A stretch of DNA of 63,933 bases, filler included, from Basidiobolus ranarum (GCA_040143965.1; 4 parts of 4 records of this genome joined end to end with filler, not necessarily neighbours in it), one strand, 5' to 3'; positions 13,801-28,282 are shown, counted from the first letter of the whole stretch. Translations and numbers: made by a program. The notes: generated from the sequence alone by a model not told the origin.

Positions 13801-14876
13801 TATTGAGAGCAACAACAGAGTTGCTGAAGAAGTAAACATTAACAAATTGGCTACTGCCATTTCGTTGTTGAACTTCATGTTCAGATTCATAGCGATGACA
13901 ACTCAATACTACGGAACCAGATTTCGTGTCAGTCATCAGTACAGAATTCAAGTTGAATTCATGTTCATTCCTAAGTAGCCAAATCTCAAAAGGGGAAGTA
14001 TCCTGCAAAACAGCTATATTGTTGGCGACGACAGAAAAAAATTCAACTATACATCCCTTAATATTATACCGAGGTATATCAAGAGATACTTTAAAATTGG
14101 CTGTTTAAAGTTCTGTATGAATTGAATAGGCTCTTCAATTGAGTTTTAAAGTGTGGATTTGATTCATATCATGGGTTCAGTTAAAGTTGAATAACATCGT
14201 AGTTTCATGTGCCCCTTTATGTTTAGTGTTTGACTTCCATTTCCGTATACACAATCAAAACAAACGTATCCGTTGTAGTAGATGTAACAAAGCAATATTA
14301 CTATAGCTGAGGAGCACATCAAATCCATCCTCATTTAGAACTTCACTAATGGGAATTTATCAGTGTTCTTCATGCATACTAATTGGTTGCGACATTTTCT
14401 AGTTTTTCATTACCTTGTGAATCACAGCATATTGTACATGGCCAACACTACACTCTCCTTAATATCTGAAGTATATGCACCACTTCTGTTTCATTAAATT
14501 GAGGATCATATGGTCATACAGCTGAAGACAAATCAAGTGACATCTCTGAGATTTACTTAAGGCAGTCCTTATTGACTTGAATAAACTATCAATATGAATA
14601 GTCAATGAGCTATTAAATTCGCAAGTTCACTGATTGAATGGCCACTTTGACAAACAGCAATTCGGCAATTTATTCTTACAATGCTTACAGTATCATACGA
14701 CAATACAAAACTCTAATTATAGCGATCTCAGTAATACCGCAAAACAACAAAAATTCACTAAAAGGTTTGGTCACATATATGCAGAAAATACATGCAGAAA
14801 TCCACCAAATATAATATTAACTAATGAAATCTCAACGACTTGGACAAGTCATTTCATGGGCATCGGTTAACACGCC

Positions 14877-15686
14877 TTAGTCGCCCGTGGTGCTGCTAGA
14901 AGCGTGGCTTCTTTTACTAGTGCTCGCTTTGGAAGGCTTTCCGCGCTGCTTACTCGTTGAAGGTAGAGAAGACTGTTGTTCTTTTGCCTCTTTCTCATCT
15001 AAAATATCTATGCTCTGCTTAAAATCTCAATTGGGGTTTGTCTGGAAAGTTCTCAAAGTTTAAATCATATTACCTCCTTTGATCTTTTGTATCTGACCAA
15101 TTCTTGTTCGTAATTCTGTCGCTCAGATTGATATCTATCATCATATTTCTAAATCTCACAATGTTTAGTATCCGTTGGCTAGGGAAAGCTGGGTAGAGGA
15201 ACTACCTTGCGTGTTTCTTCCGGGAGATGCTTCCACAATTCACCTAGCTTTTTGGTGACTTCTTGCGAAGTAATATTACTGCACTCTTCAAGTATTTTTG
15301 GTCGTTCATCATTGCAAAACATGATGTACGCTGGGAATGGCATTTTGGGCGCATCAGGATCCCTCGGTCTCTTGTGAGCGTCTACCACGGCGGCCATTTG
15401 TCTCTCAGATAGGTTCTTATAGAACTCGGATATTCGATTCAAACAGCGTGACAGCTCCATGTGATATTCAAATAGCTAAAATATCAACATGTTAATGATT
15501 GTTATTGGAATAAATTAAATGACTCTTCCACCCCATAACCGAAGCCAATATCCAAGGCCGAACAAATCTTCTCAGTAATACAACCGGGCATCTATGAAAT
15601 CATTTGTATCTTACAGTTTGGGCGTCTTCCGGAGATAGATTCAATGGCACTGCGCTCCACTCGTAAACTTTCTTTGGTCTTGTCAT
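14877..15686 (-). CDS. HMG-box protein (NHP6/HMGB-type box), 4 exons
   Basis: Contains KRPRDPDAPKMPFPAYIMFCNDERPKI…VTKKLGELWKHLPEETRKKYDDRYQSERQNYEQEL. Likely exons are 15686-15615, 15475-15206, 15148-15074 and a last exon ending in TAA at 14877. Confidence 0.85.
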
Positions 15687-15953
15687 GTTGGAAGTTGTTG
15701 TGTGGATTGGGTTGATGCAGGTTGTAGATTGTTGAGATGTTATGTTCATAACCAGGGCGCAAGCAGGATCTTCGACAGGAAGTGGCACGCTTGAATCGAC
15801 AAGTGAGGAGAGAAGTAGGGAAATCAAGCTTAATCTTCTGAGAATCAGTTCATTTATATCTAGTTTTTGTTTGCCGCCGTTGGTTAGTTGGGTTTTGTCG
15901 TGGATGGTGATTATGTGACTAGAGTATATAGATTCAGAATTCAAGCACCGCGT

Positions 15954-16053
15954 NNNNNNNNNNNNNNNNNNNNNNNNNNNNNNNNNNNNNNNNNNNNTTA
16001 ATTAATTAANNNNNNNNNNNNNNNNNNNNNNNNNNNNNNNNNNNNNNNNNNNN
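15954..16053. other. Artificial contig linker (N44-TTAATTAATTAA-N44)
   Basis: 100-nt N run with a central all-frame-stop palindrome at 15998-16009. Confidence 0.97.
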
Positions 16054-16173
16054 TGCATCATACCGAATATGAAAAAAAATCAGAGACCGATTAGTAATTT
16101 TTGAAAAGTTGATCCTTCTGAATTTGCGATCTGACTTTGATTTCATTCAAATCACAGTGCCAAGTCGATTTTA

Positions 16174-19100
16174 CTAATTTTCGATTTGGCTAAAATCAGC
16201 TTTAATTCTCTTTTCCTTTAACCTCGCTTCTTCGTTTATTCTACGTTGAATGTCAAGTTGTCGATCTCGTGCTTCTCGCTCTAATTTTTCTCTTTCTCTG
16301 AAATCTCGTTTAAGCTTCTCTTGTTCAAAGTGTACTAATTTTGAAAAGACTTTACGGTTCTGTGGAGTACCATTCGAATGCCCTCCAGAAGGTACCTTGA
16401 ACTTTGAGTTTTCTTTCAACGCAAACTCTCTGATAACACCAAGTTCTGGATTATTGGGTAAGATATGACGTGATAGCAAAAACATCATATTCACCGAATC
16501 AAAATTATTGGACTTTGAACAAGATAATGGCCATTGAACAAATGATTGGATCAATTCACATATTAACGTTCTCTTTTCGAAATTGAGCATTCGCTTTGAA
16601 GAGAAAAGGTGGTCCGGGATGTTGTAATTCATATCCAGTACATTTTCAATGACCCAACCGATGCATGGTATAAGCCCAGCAAGCTTTATGGGTGCGTTGA
16701 TACAGTTGGTGGATAAGGTGGGTTGAACATTTTTCGACAATTGATGCGTCAAGAATGCTTGAATCGAGTCAGTTGATTTTCCTAAAGTTTTTGCCGCATC
16801 ATTCCATGCTTTAGTAAATACTCGACTTTCAGGAGCAATTAATCCACTGATAATAGCTCGCTCTACAAACGAGGGGATTGCCACCTGAGACTTGGCTGCA
16901 TCCACTAGGAATTTGTTGCTGAATATTTGAAGTTTTTCGATTCCATAACTAGACATCTCAGCATGACACAAAGAGACCGCATTCACAAATTTCACAATCC
17001 GTGAAGCACGAAGATTAGAATCGATAGAAAATGATACAATTTCTGATATGACCCATTGCTTGATCGTTTCTCGTAAATAATAAAAAGAAGATATGCTACT
17101 TGGAAGCGAAGAGAGAAGGCTGTGGTTTGTGGTAGGAACGGAAGTATTGGAAACCGCATGTCGGCAGTTATCAAGAGCCATAAAGATATCAGAGATGGTT
17201 ATTTCGTCTTCAAATGCCGAATGTAGATTTTTCTTGGGATACCACGCTAAAGGATTTAGGCATTGAGCTTCAAGATCATTGATAGTATATACCCAATCCT
17301 GAAGCGATATCCGGCTCGATAGTTCAAGTGCACACTCGTTCAATGCATATACAACCTGCTCCGGAAGCATATCGTCTACACTAGGAATAGAGACATCGGT
17401 ATTTTCAGAAATGGCACTATCAAAATCTTCCTCGATTAATGAAGGTGAGCATCCGAAAATGGATTCGAATTGGCTAGGATTTTCAGGAGATTGGTTTGGT
17501 GCTTGAATTTCTTGTTGAGATAAGAATCCATTCAATTTGTACTGGTTGAGTATCGATATTGGGATGAGAGAGGAATAGGCTAAATAATTCAATATACTCT
17601 TCACACTGGCTTCTACTTCGGAAGGTGGTTGCTTACGTTCTATATTATAGCCTGCATAGCTAACCTCTTCATTAATTATTTCGTTGAAGAATGTGATGAC
17701 ATTATCCTTGAGCTCCAAACTGTCAATGAAATCATGAAGATGGTTTCGTATCCAATATTCTATGGCTTTCAAAACGCTAACTCTGATATCAGGGCTGTAG
17801 ACAACATGAGAATGTGATTCCGAAATAGGTGTTATTGGATCACTTTCCCCTTCTACATATCTTTGGTGAAATTTGGTCAAGAGGTCAACAGGATTTAAGA
17901 AGCTCCGAAAAGCCATAAAGAAATAGGAATTGTATTCCTTTTCATCGAAGACAGCCTCCTCGCTTTCATCAAAGATAAAAGCTTCTCCGGAAACATCGAT
18001 GAGAGAAATCTCCTTCTGGTTGATTCCAAATAATAAAACATCAATAAGGCGATCAATCAAGCCACCTTTGATTGCAAGGTTAAACGTGCTTCGCTCATCA
18101 GTTGTTTGAATCTGACAAATAGTGAATATCAACTCCCCATTATCCGTAAGTAAAAAACATTCTTGCCGATCCACATATTCAGCTGTACCTTGAGTATACA
18201 AAGGTGATGGTTGCCCATTTGGCTTTTGAATTAGTCCCCACCAGCTGCCCTTGTCAGAATCTATACTTTTGGAGAATTGTTTGGAAGGCATAGATTGGGT
18301 GCGCTTGCGAGCTAATTGAGAAGCTGAGGATATCCCTTTAAAGACACCAGTAGAAGTATCTAACCTGTGTCGAGCAGGGATGTTTAAGCTAGGCCTATGA
18401 TCTTCAGTAGGAGTGGCTGGTTGATGTTCTTTGCTTCGATGGGCTAAGTTTGATTCGAAGGGCTCGATACAGGCTAGCATATTCAAAAACGAAGTTTGTT
18501 CCAAATGAATTGGTACAAATTTGAGAGGGGTATAGCTTGCAGGGTTATGAGGAATTGGTTTATCATTACTGCCTTGTAAGTAACGAACGTTTATCGGCGG
18601 TTCACAATCAAGTGATGATGAGAATCCTTGAGTAAAATCAAAATCCAGTGCCACATCTTCGGTAAGTAGAAGGTGCTCAAAGTAATCTTGGAGAGAGGAA
18701 GTTCCCGATAGAGTATCCTTAGTTTTGCAATTACGAAGAAAATGATTCCAAGTCATTTGGGTATAATTAATAATATCATAAATATCCTGGTATTTGCGGA
18801 AGTTGATTATTGAGGTTCCAGGAATTAATGAAGAGACATTTTTGTCAATTCTATCCAAAATCACTCGGATACTTCCAAAGTACGAAATTTGATGTGCAGA
18901 ACTAGGGCTAATTGCCAGCTCAGCCAAGACCACTTTGGTGTCCGGGATGATTGGTATGTCAGAAGTGTAGAGTCCGCTCGCAAACAAAGCAGGTACCCAT
19001 TAATGCACAACCTTATAATACATTCGCTTATCGATACCTTTCCAAGTTTCACGTAACCTAACGACAATCGGAGAGCAAATAGCTAGGGCAATGGCAATCC

Positions 19101-21687
19101 AAGATACCATGTCTCCCAAAGCCTTACTGGCTTCAGCAACACGAATCCAATGAACTAATATAGTACTGCGTCGTGAGGGATGCATAGATTGCGCATTAGT
19201 AACTAGATGGTTATAAACCAACTTAGTGAGAAAGTGCGGGTCGGAAACAGTAAATAGAAAAACATTTGCAAGACTCATGGATGGTGTATTCTGGACAGTA
19301 GCAGGGCTATCCGTGGTAGATGTGGTGATTGGTAAAAGTCTCTTCAGCGAGAGTGTTTGAGAGTCGACACGAGCTTTACACCTGGTGTGGAACACATATA
19401 GCTCTTGAGCAAAATCTTCTGGCGAGATTTTTAAGAAAATAGTAGGAGAAAGACCAGATCTGTTTAAAGATGCAAAATCTAGTGCAAGGTGATTGAGATG
19501 GCTTCCTTCGTGAATAGTAGGTAAACTTATGCACAAAGAATTTCGTAAGCTTAGAGAATCGGATTTACGTTTTAGAGGGTAAAGTAGACTCCTGAATTGC
19601 TCCATGATGAAATTGGGATCTTTAGTAAGAAGATCTACGGCAACAGTCTCAATCGATTCAAGAGTTTCCTGGTCGATATTGATGTTGAACTCGGTAATCC
19701 ACACAGTGAGTATTTTCTGTAGTCTGTTTAGTATCGAGAGATCTTCAGCGTTCATGGCTACTTTTAATTCCTCTGGGATCCCCATCATAGCACATCTTCT
19801 CAGCTCTTTAACAAGATGAGCGGGCGTAGTGAAGCAAGTAAAGGTTGTCAGAAAAGCATTGATAAACTGACTACAGTTATAAAAGTTCGATTCTTGACTC
19901 TCTGTGTTTTGAAACAATAGCTCGTGGATTAGGGAGTCGATTGACCCTCCAATTATCGTACCAGTATCAGATTTCTCCCCAGATACTCGGCTTGTTATCA
20001 ACTCTGGATGCATTTGAGTACCCCAATATAAGCGTCCACGAATTACTGGATCACTTTTTTGTGAACGCAATTTAGACTCATCTCTATGCAAGCTGGTACT
20101 ACTAAGATTAGTACGGCTAAGATTGAAGCTGGAATTTAAGTGGTCTTCACTTCTTCTTAGCTTGGCAGATTTTCGAGATAAGGAAGACTTCGCCATATTG
20201 AACTTTATGATCCAAGTTTGTTGCTCTTCCGCCTTTGCAACAAAGAGTCGTCTGGCAGCATTAGGTCCACCAACAAATATTTGCATTGCTTGTATATTGC
20301 TGCCACTATGATCAAGGTCGATGGAAGCTATAGAACTGTTTGAATGCGAAAATATCGATGTTCGATTGGAGTTGTATTGTTGCTTGTCGCTTGGGCGAGT
20401 GAATGAGGTTGAGGATGCCTCAATAACATCAATTGAATCCAAACGGTAAGTTGTCCCATGTTTCCACTTGGTATAGTACCCTTTTCCGGATTGGACTGCC
20501 TTTTCTTCATCCTGAATAAAAGAATCTATGGGAACACCCCCACCATTCGTAAAACGAAAAGCATCATTTACAGCGTCAAACAAGCTATTCCGATGTTGTT
20601 TTACCCATTTTCTTTTACATATTACTAAAACATCTTCGAAAATTAAAAGACAAACATATCTTTTGAAGCGAAAATTAATTGGATCCACTTCGGTAAAACA
20701 TTCTCCGAAAAAATATCGAGAAGCTAATGAAGAGCTCCCAGGATTGTAAACGGGACTAAGATACGAATCAGAATTATCAGAGGTGGTCTCAAAAATCAAA
20801 GCGCGAGTAGGGGAAGTAAAGGAAGCACTCGCAAGCTTAAGTCCTTTACTTGAAGAGCGAGGGGAAGCTGTAGTTTTTTTTGGAGAAATCTCAACGGATT
20901 CAGAAGCAATAGTAAGAGGTCGACCTTTTCTTGATAAAGGAAATATGCTTTTGATTTCATTTTCAGTAGGAGGCTTGTAGAAATAAAGCTTAGCCCCTTT
21001 AAGTACCACTCGATACACTTTCCATCCGCGTCCCAGACCAATCGTACTACCTTGATATGTATCTGCTTTCTTGTTAAGATAGCCCTCTTTCAGTATCACA
21101 CTGCCAGCTAAACTGTCCCGAGGACTATTGCATAAACTTCTTGTTTCGGTGTTCACAACACTCAAGGAGGATGAGCGAGGCCGTAAAGTATGAGGGACGG
21201 TCAACGTTGAGGTAGGTCTAGAACCATCGGATTCAAGGATTTGCGATAAGCTTTGAGAAAGATTTTGGTTTGTGTGTGAACCAGTGAAAGTACCACTAAT
21301 GTGTTCAACAGAAGTAGTAAAGACTTCTGGAGAGCTAGCTTGTGGAGTACTTAGTGAAACTGTTGTATTGAGGCCTATAATAACCGGTTTTTTTGAAGAG
21401 CGTGCTTGCTCATCAGATTTCGTAACCGCAGTTTTCCTCTCAAGTGTTGTAGAACGTGACCTTCCGAACAGTGCATTGAAGGCATTTGTAAGAGTACTTT
21501 TGGTCTGTGAAGCTGCACTGACTTTTGTGTTGGGTTTGGAATTATTTACATCATTGGAGGAAGAGGATGTGGATAAATCAAAAACAGCTTCAGAATTTTG
21601 TGAAGTTCCTTTATATTTACTTTTCGAAATTTTCATTGATACGTTATCACCAGCTTTGGGATGTTTACGAAACAAATCCCGAAACAA
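16174..21687 (-). pseudogene. Large PH + tandem REM/CDC25 RasGEF protein (Bem2-like), interrupted by an in-frame stop
   Basis: ORFs 19000-21687 and 16174-18987 are in the same frame, separated only by TAA at 19000-19002. The PH motif is KEGYLNKK…WKVYRVVLKGAKLYFY. There are two REM motifs (GGSIDSLIHELL, GGLIDRLIDVLL), two CDC25-like helical domains and a C-terminal coiled coil. The domain call is secure; the pseudogene status is uncertain. Confidence 0.7.
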
Positions 21688-23412
21688 AAATATTTAAAGG
21701 GATCTTAGTTGTGCGAAGTATTGAATAAAGAGAGTAAAAACATAAAATGTTTGAAGGAAGTGAAGACTATAAAATTCAAGTAACACTATCTCGAATAAAA
21801 AGGTCAAGCTAAAACAAACCAGAAATAGAAGCAAGTGTGGAATTGATATAGGATCCTATTTGAACAAGATATTTAGATGAACTGATCACAAATGATTTAT
21901 TTTAGCTTTGTGAACGAATATACAGGTGGATTCATAGAATTGTTTCAAGGTGAACCAATGCTCCATTCACCTACTATTTCGGGAACCTATATAAACATAC
22001 AAGTAGTAAACGTGTTCTCTATATAAAATACATATTTTTGTTTTGCTTCTCAAAGTTAATGGAAGCCCAAAACTTGGCTTGTCTCTACAATATTCGAAAG
22101 TACGTTCTGTCTTTGACATTCATCTGGCGAAAACAAAGCGAGTTCACCGAGTTTACAGCTGGGAAGGTTACAAAGTTGTTATTAATCTGGTATTTGAAGC
22201 GGACAAGATTGTTGAACACAGGTTCTGTTCATGTTGAGTGGGTATATCGAACGACTTGATTGAATATGTAGTTACACCCAAATAAATCATCTAAATTGAA
22301 TGCTCAAATAAGGCAACACCATTGACTCACCTGCCCACTTAAATATGGAAGAATAGTCAAGAAAATCATTAAACTGAGCACGCCCGTCTTCCTAACTCGC
22401 TTTGTAGTAAGCGCTTAAATGAAGGTGCTTATGTAACATTTGCTTACAGTCTCTATGGTAGAACCATCTCTCTGCTGGAGTTCCAGCGCATCCAATACCC
22501 AGAGGTGGAATCGGATACTTACCTGATTGTGGTAAGAGTTCGGTAATGACGATCTTAAAAATGACAGTCACGTCAACGCTAATTTACGAAGTTAAATACA
22601 GCTTGCCTAGGCAACAAATAAGAAGAGTGCATAGATCATTAGTAATTTTCTAGTGCCTTGACTCATATTTATTTCCCAATATAGATCCATGAATTATAGC
22701 ATTTTCGCAGGCCAGCCAAACTGGATATTCACTGTCAGGACTTTGGGTATATCTGTTTGATGGCTCTTGATTCAGGGCCTACTTGATAGCAATAATCATC
22801 GATGCAAGCATTGCTACCCACTCAGCACCTCCACCTATGTCAATTCTTTTGTGTCACAGTGACTTCCATAAGTGGGCATACTGCGACAGTTCAAACCTTC
22901 TCTGGCAAATATTTGATTATACTTATATTTTTAGAAAGCACTGTTACCTACAAAATCTGGTCTTTGTAGTTCATTTAAAATTTGTAACAGGTTACTGTCT
23001 CCAGCTGTAACGCCATCGCTTTCTGGTGAACCACATATTTAGTCGCTGGTTTTCTCTAGAACTAAGTAGACTCGGCGCAATATATGAGTTTAGATTTCAT
23101 CTGCTCACTTCAGAGTTACTAGCTTTGGCTACTCCTTACTGGTCATAAAATATCCAACAAATCTTTTATTCGGAAAGTCCAATATTTTAGACAATGATAC
23201 ATAGAAACTGCTAGAATCACATGAGTGAGTTTGGAATGTGCCTTTCTAACAATCAACGATCAGCTCGATTTTCGTATTTCGATTCTTTCTTCACATAAAA
23301 AATAAAAACTAGATTATATGCGATTTTATCATGTTGGAAATATTATTGATCAAGCTTAAAAATTAGGAAATCTGATGAGCCGAGGTTTTATCCAAGTCTT
23401 TACAATATACAG

Positions 23413-25115
23413 ATGGCGACCTCCGTAAACGTACGTGTTTTGAAGCTTGTATAACTAGAAACAAGTTAATTTTTATTCGATACATGCATTTATCAATAAT
23501 CCAACTACACACTAACTTACAAATCGTCGTCTACTCCGACTTTTAGCAACCGGTAACTTTGTTAAAAGGACATAAAGATTCAGTATTATGCCTCGACATT
23601 TCAGATACTGTCTTGAATGAAAGATCTCTTCTGGCCACAGGCTCTGGTTAGTAAACTTTCTTTCCCGAGAATCTCGAAATATCGCGTAAATGTTAGCTAT
23701 ATTCACAAACTTTTACTGTTAGAGGATTCAACGGCCCGTATTTGGGATTTACGTACGAATAAAGCAGTTTGGGGATTTAAGGACTTTGAAGATGCAGTAA
23801 TTACACTTTGATTCTCTCTTTTACGTGTTACTACTTGGTAGACTTATTGCAAATATTTTGTGTTCAGGTCACTAGTGTGAAATTCGCCTCCGATAAATGT
23901 CCATATCAATTCTTTGTCTCTTCTGGTGTTAAGGTAAATCAATTACATTCCCTGAATCCATCTAAAAGTTCAATACTTGTAGAATATTAAGGTTAGTAAT
24001 TAGGTTCACGGATACGATCTTCGCAATGTTGAAAGCCCCATTATGACAACTCCCTCAATAACGTATGAAGCCAATGAAGATGAGATTAATCAGGTAATTT
24101 CGCCAATATTCTGCGTTACTTTATTTAAATATTAATGACAATACTTTTTTCACCAAAAGATAGCTATCAATGAAAAGTCTACACTTTTGGCCACGTGTGA
24201 TGATAATGGTGAAGTTAAAGTGATAGATATTTCTACGCAAAAATTGGTCAAACGCTTTCGTCAAAGTCACAACAATGTAAATTATACGATCGATGAAATA
24301 TCTGGAAACATTGTATACTAACTTTTAGTGAGCTGGTTAGATTGCTATGTCAGTTAGTTTCCGTGCTAAAAAGCCTTGGGAAGGTAACTCGTGTTTTGAA
24401 CAAAATCAAATCTATATGTGATTAACGAATCCCTAGTTTTTTCTGGTGGACTAGACAACCAGCTTATTCAATGGGATTTCTCTCGAGGTTCACCGATTCA
24501 AGTATTTGATATGAGTTAGTATTAGCGTTCCCTTTGTTGTTACCATTGTTATCCATATCAACGAATGTCTTGTATCTATATCTCATAGGCGAAGATATTG
24601 ATCAACAACAGGCCAATCAACTGGTCAACCCTCCCTTTGTCAACTCGATATCCATTTCATCTGATGGTAAGGTTGTGGCTTCTGGTCTTGGGGATGGGAC
24701 TATCCAGATCTTGGCTGCCGGTGCCAAAAGCGGTAGCCGTGGGAAAAATAGCTGGAATAAAGGCCGTCTTTATGGAGGACATAGTTATTCTGTAGCTCAA
24801 GTGTAGGATATATATGGTTGAGAATACTCTACATGATTGTGAACTAACTCTTTGTGGATACATAGTATGTTCAACCAGTCTGGTGATAAGCTTGCCTCAG
24901 CCGGAAATGAAGGGATAATAACCATTTGGGATACATCTGATCTCTTAAAGAACATATCCAATAATACCACTGAGAATCTATGCCCCATTGTAAATCAATT
25001 TCACCCTGAGCCATTTGACAAGATAAACGCTTTGGCTTTTGTTGATCAGCTTTTCGTAGCTGGAACCGGCACCTCTCCAAATGCTAGAGGTGCAGTAGCG
25101 ATTTATAATTTGTAG
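23413..25115 (+). CDS. WD40-repeat protein, WDR53-like, multi-exon
   Basis: The spliced frame reads MATSVN|QPVTLLKGHKDSVLCLD…LLATGS|EDSTARIWDLR, ANEDEINQ|IAINEK…LATCDDNGEVKVID, SGGLDNQLIQWDFSRG and LVNPPFVNSISIS. Confidence 0.85.
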
Positions 25116-25701
25116 ACTTGTTTTTGAAATAACTTAACTTTAGAGTCGTTTATGTATTCATTTCTTAGTGTTTGCATTATTCGAATAAAACATCATATAT
25201 ATCTTTTCTACTGAGCAATTTTGTTGGTAATAATAGTTGAGAAAGGGACATACGGGTTGCACGTTTTAAGAATGATGGAGAAAAGGTCGAGACTCTTTCT
25301 GTTCTGAACTATTATAATTCCAGCGAGCTAGCTAGTAGTATACTTCTGAACCAACCTACATTAGGAATTGGAAACTTGGTGGTTTTTCAATATCTCATGT
25401 GCTAATCATAGTTCACAAAAACACCACCGAAGAACAGAACTCACTTCCATGGTCATTTGTGACGGCCATTGAATTTTTAATTTCTGAATTAACATTTGGA
25501 ATGATTTACTCAATAAATAAAATATATTGAAATATTCATAATTTAATGAAACAGATCGCTGATTAGATACCAAAAGTATCCAGGTAAGATGCTTTTTGAT
25601 GAACCTAGCGTTTAGTAGACACAGACAAGTAAAAAGATGTACATTTACTTAAGAAGTTAGTAATATACAAAATCGTCGTTCCAAGTGGTAGACATAACAG
25701 G

Positions 25702-28282
25702 TTAATAACCCATGAGAAGCATTAGGCCATATCCCAACGTTATTACGATAAGCATTACTAAGCATGAACCAGGAACTCCGTTCTTCAAGAAGTCCTTGGT
25801 ATTGAGATAGCGAACACCAGTTTCATTCTCCAGCATAATTGCATTCATGTTGGGGAATCCTGAAACTGGCAATCCCATAGCACCAGAGCACATCAATGCA
25901 GCACCCTTGGATGAATAATTGGAGTTATTTAAAAGTTAACTTAATACGATAGATTCTTGATAAACATACCATGACTAACAAACGTGGACGAGGATCAGGT
26001 AAAGAGTTACCAACTGAGGCAACAATTGGTAGAATGATGAGAGCACCGACTGTATGAGATATAAAGGTAGCAATGACAAGTACCAAAGAGCAAAATACGA
26101 CAAGAATCTTCCAAGGGGAAAGGCCATCAACTATAATACGAATGTGGCTCGCGATGGTGTGTAGGAGACCAGAGGATTCTACAGCCTTTCCGAGGGCAAT
26201 GCCGCCCATAGCCAAAATAATGACTGTCCACAGAAAATTGTTGAAATCTTCCTTCGTTAATAAACCGGTGCCAAAGAACACAATCAATGGGATGATTGCA
26301 ATGATCCCCATATCGCCTACTATATCGGCCAATTGTGATTCTACACACCAGAGTATTATAGTCAATACAGTAACTGCAATAATGAAGATCTGGCTACGTG
26401 TGAAAGGTTCACGATTAGCTCTGATAAAGTTGACAGGTGTGTTGGATGGGGGCTTGTAATTCCACAATAACAATCCCCACACCGCTACGTCACCAATCAA
26501 GCAAATAGGAATAGTAATAAAGAACCACTGGGCCCATGAGGGGTGTGGATCCATATTGTCAATAGCAATGATATTTTGAGGTGAGCTGATGGGAGAGGCC
26601 ATTCCGCCGATGTTTGAAGCCAATGCAATACCCATGATCAAGCAGCGAGCAAATGGGCTATTTGCTGGGAGCGTTCTCAAAATTGGTTGTATCAATGAAA
26701 AACAAAGAACTGGAGCTGCAACATTACTAATCCACATGCTGGCCACAGTGGCAACCATCATGTTTGCCAATAGTACAGTACTGGGCTTGGTTCCAGCTTT
26801 GGAAAGTACCCAAGTAGCCATCATTTTAGCAATGTTGTATTTACTAAGAGCGGCAGCAATTGAAAAGCCTCCCAACAGTAACATTATTACTGGTGAAAAC
26901 ATCGAAGCGAAAATACGTTGTGTGGCTTGTTGCGCGGTAAGACGAGTGAATTGCCCATCGTCAGATCTTAAAACCCGAAGAAAAACAACCATCATTGGGA
27001 CAATAAGGGCAGTGACAAAGAGTGGAATGACCTTGGTTTTTGGAAATCATTAGTATGAGTTGGTGGAAATCAAATGGATGATACTCACCTCTGTTGCCCA
27101 TAAAAGGGATACAAATGTTAACAGAGCGAAGCAGTTCTGTTGTTCCGGAGTATCGAAGAGTCTAATATTAATCAATGCAATGAAAACAATTAGGCATGCT
27201 AAGATTGCCCACAAATTAACGGAGATTCCAGGGCTAGGGACAGCGACTCCTAGTACAGAGCCCCTTCTCTTTCTACCGCTAATTACTTGCTGTACGGCTT
27301 CTTGACGAACACCAGCAGCTTCTACTTTTCTTTCCATACTCATCATATCTCTCCAGACAGTATTTCTTTCCCAAACAATATGTTCACGTAGGTGTGATCT
27401 CAACTCTACCTCAGCTTTGTCCATATCACCATTACAACATATGGCAGCATACATCGACTGCAACTGCTCTATAGCATGACTGATCTTTCTCTTTGTGATA
27501 CTGTGGAAGGGGTAAGACTCTTTCACAATTGTACCAATATAGGTATCCTTCAGATTATTGTCAGTGATTTTATCGAATTTTTTCAGAATCTTTCGGAAAC
27601 CAGTCATGTTTAAATCGATGAAGCCTTTGAGTTCAGAGAACTGCACAAAAAGGTTCACAATACGAACACGGAACTTCTGGGCCTTTTCAGGATATTTATC
27701 TGTCCAGATTCTAAATATGGGGCTTCTTTCTTCCTCTACCTTTGATGAGGACTCAGCTGAGCTAGGTGCACCATCTTCCCACGACATCGATACTACTGAC
27801 TGGCGTTGCTTGGAATTTTGTTCTTTTATGACACTAACTCGGTGAGGGTCCGAAGGAGCTGGTGAGAGTAGAGTAGTTCTAGCAACGTGACTTGAGGACT
27901 CGGGGAACAAAGTGCGTTCAGTTTGTTCTAACTCCGCTATTAAAAGATGTAACTCGCCATATAATTCGGCTTCTATCTTAGTGTAGAAAGCTGTTATCTT
28001 AGATAGTTCCTTATCTAAAGCAGGTGTAAAAACGTTCATAGCTCTTCCAGTATCCCCAATCAGACTGCGCGACTCCAAGTCTGGCTCAGTACCATTCTGT
28101 GTAGCGGCTTTCTCTAGCTGATAAATGATCTTTTTTAAGTTGGAATAACTTATTTTCAAAAGAGAAAAGGAAGTTAGCTTGGATAGGACCAACAAACCAA
28201 ATATTAAATAATTTGCTTACGCTATATAATAATCTTGCCAATCCGGGACGGAATTAAACTGTAACGAATGAGAAAACTTCAT
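25702..28282 (-). CDS. PHO91: SPX-domain low-affinity phosphate transporter (PHO87/PHO90/PHO91 family)
   Basis: The start is MKFSHSLQFNSVPDWQDYYIAYSNLKK (SPX). It also has LNMTGFRKILKKFDK, LREHIVWERNTVWRDM, WISNVAAPVLC and MGLPVSGFPNMNA. Three introns. The paralog assignment is tentative. Confidence 0.92.

Noticed and set aside
14877-15686. HMG gene as a mating-type (sexM/sexP) locus
   Set aside because: The box is NHP6/HMGB-like (DPDAPKxP…AY) rather than MATA-type, and no triose-phosphate transporter or RNA helicase flanks it here.
15998-16009. TTAATTAATTAA palindrome repeated three times in the window
   Set aside because: It is a synthetic linker embedded in N runs, not biological.
26073-27053. 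Long antisense ORFs over transporter genes (also 49603-50031, 35591-36529, 21272-21697)
   Set aside because: These are shadow ORFs opposite well-supported genes, with no motifs of their own.
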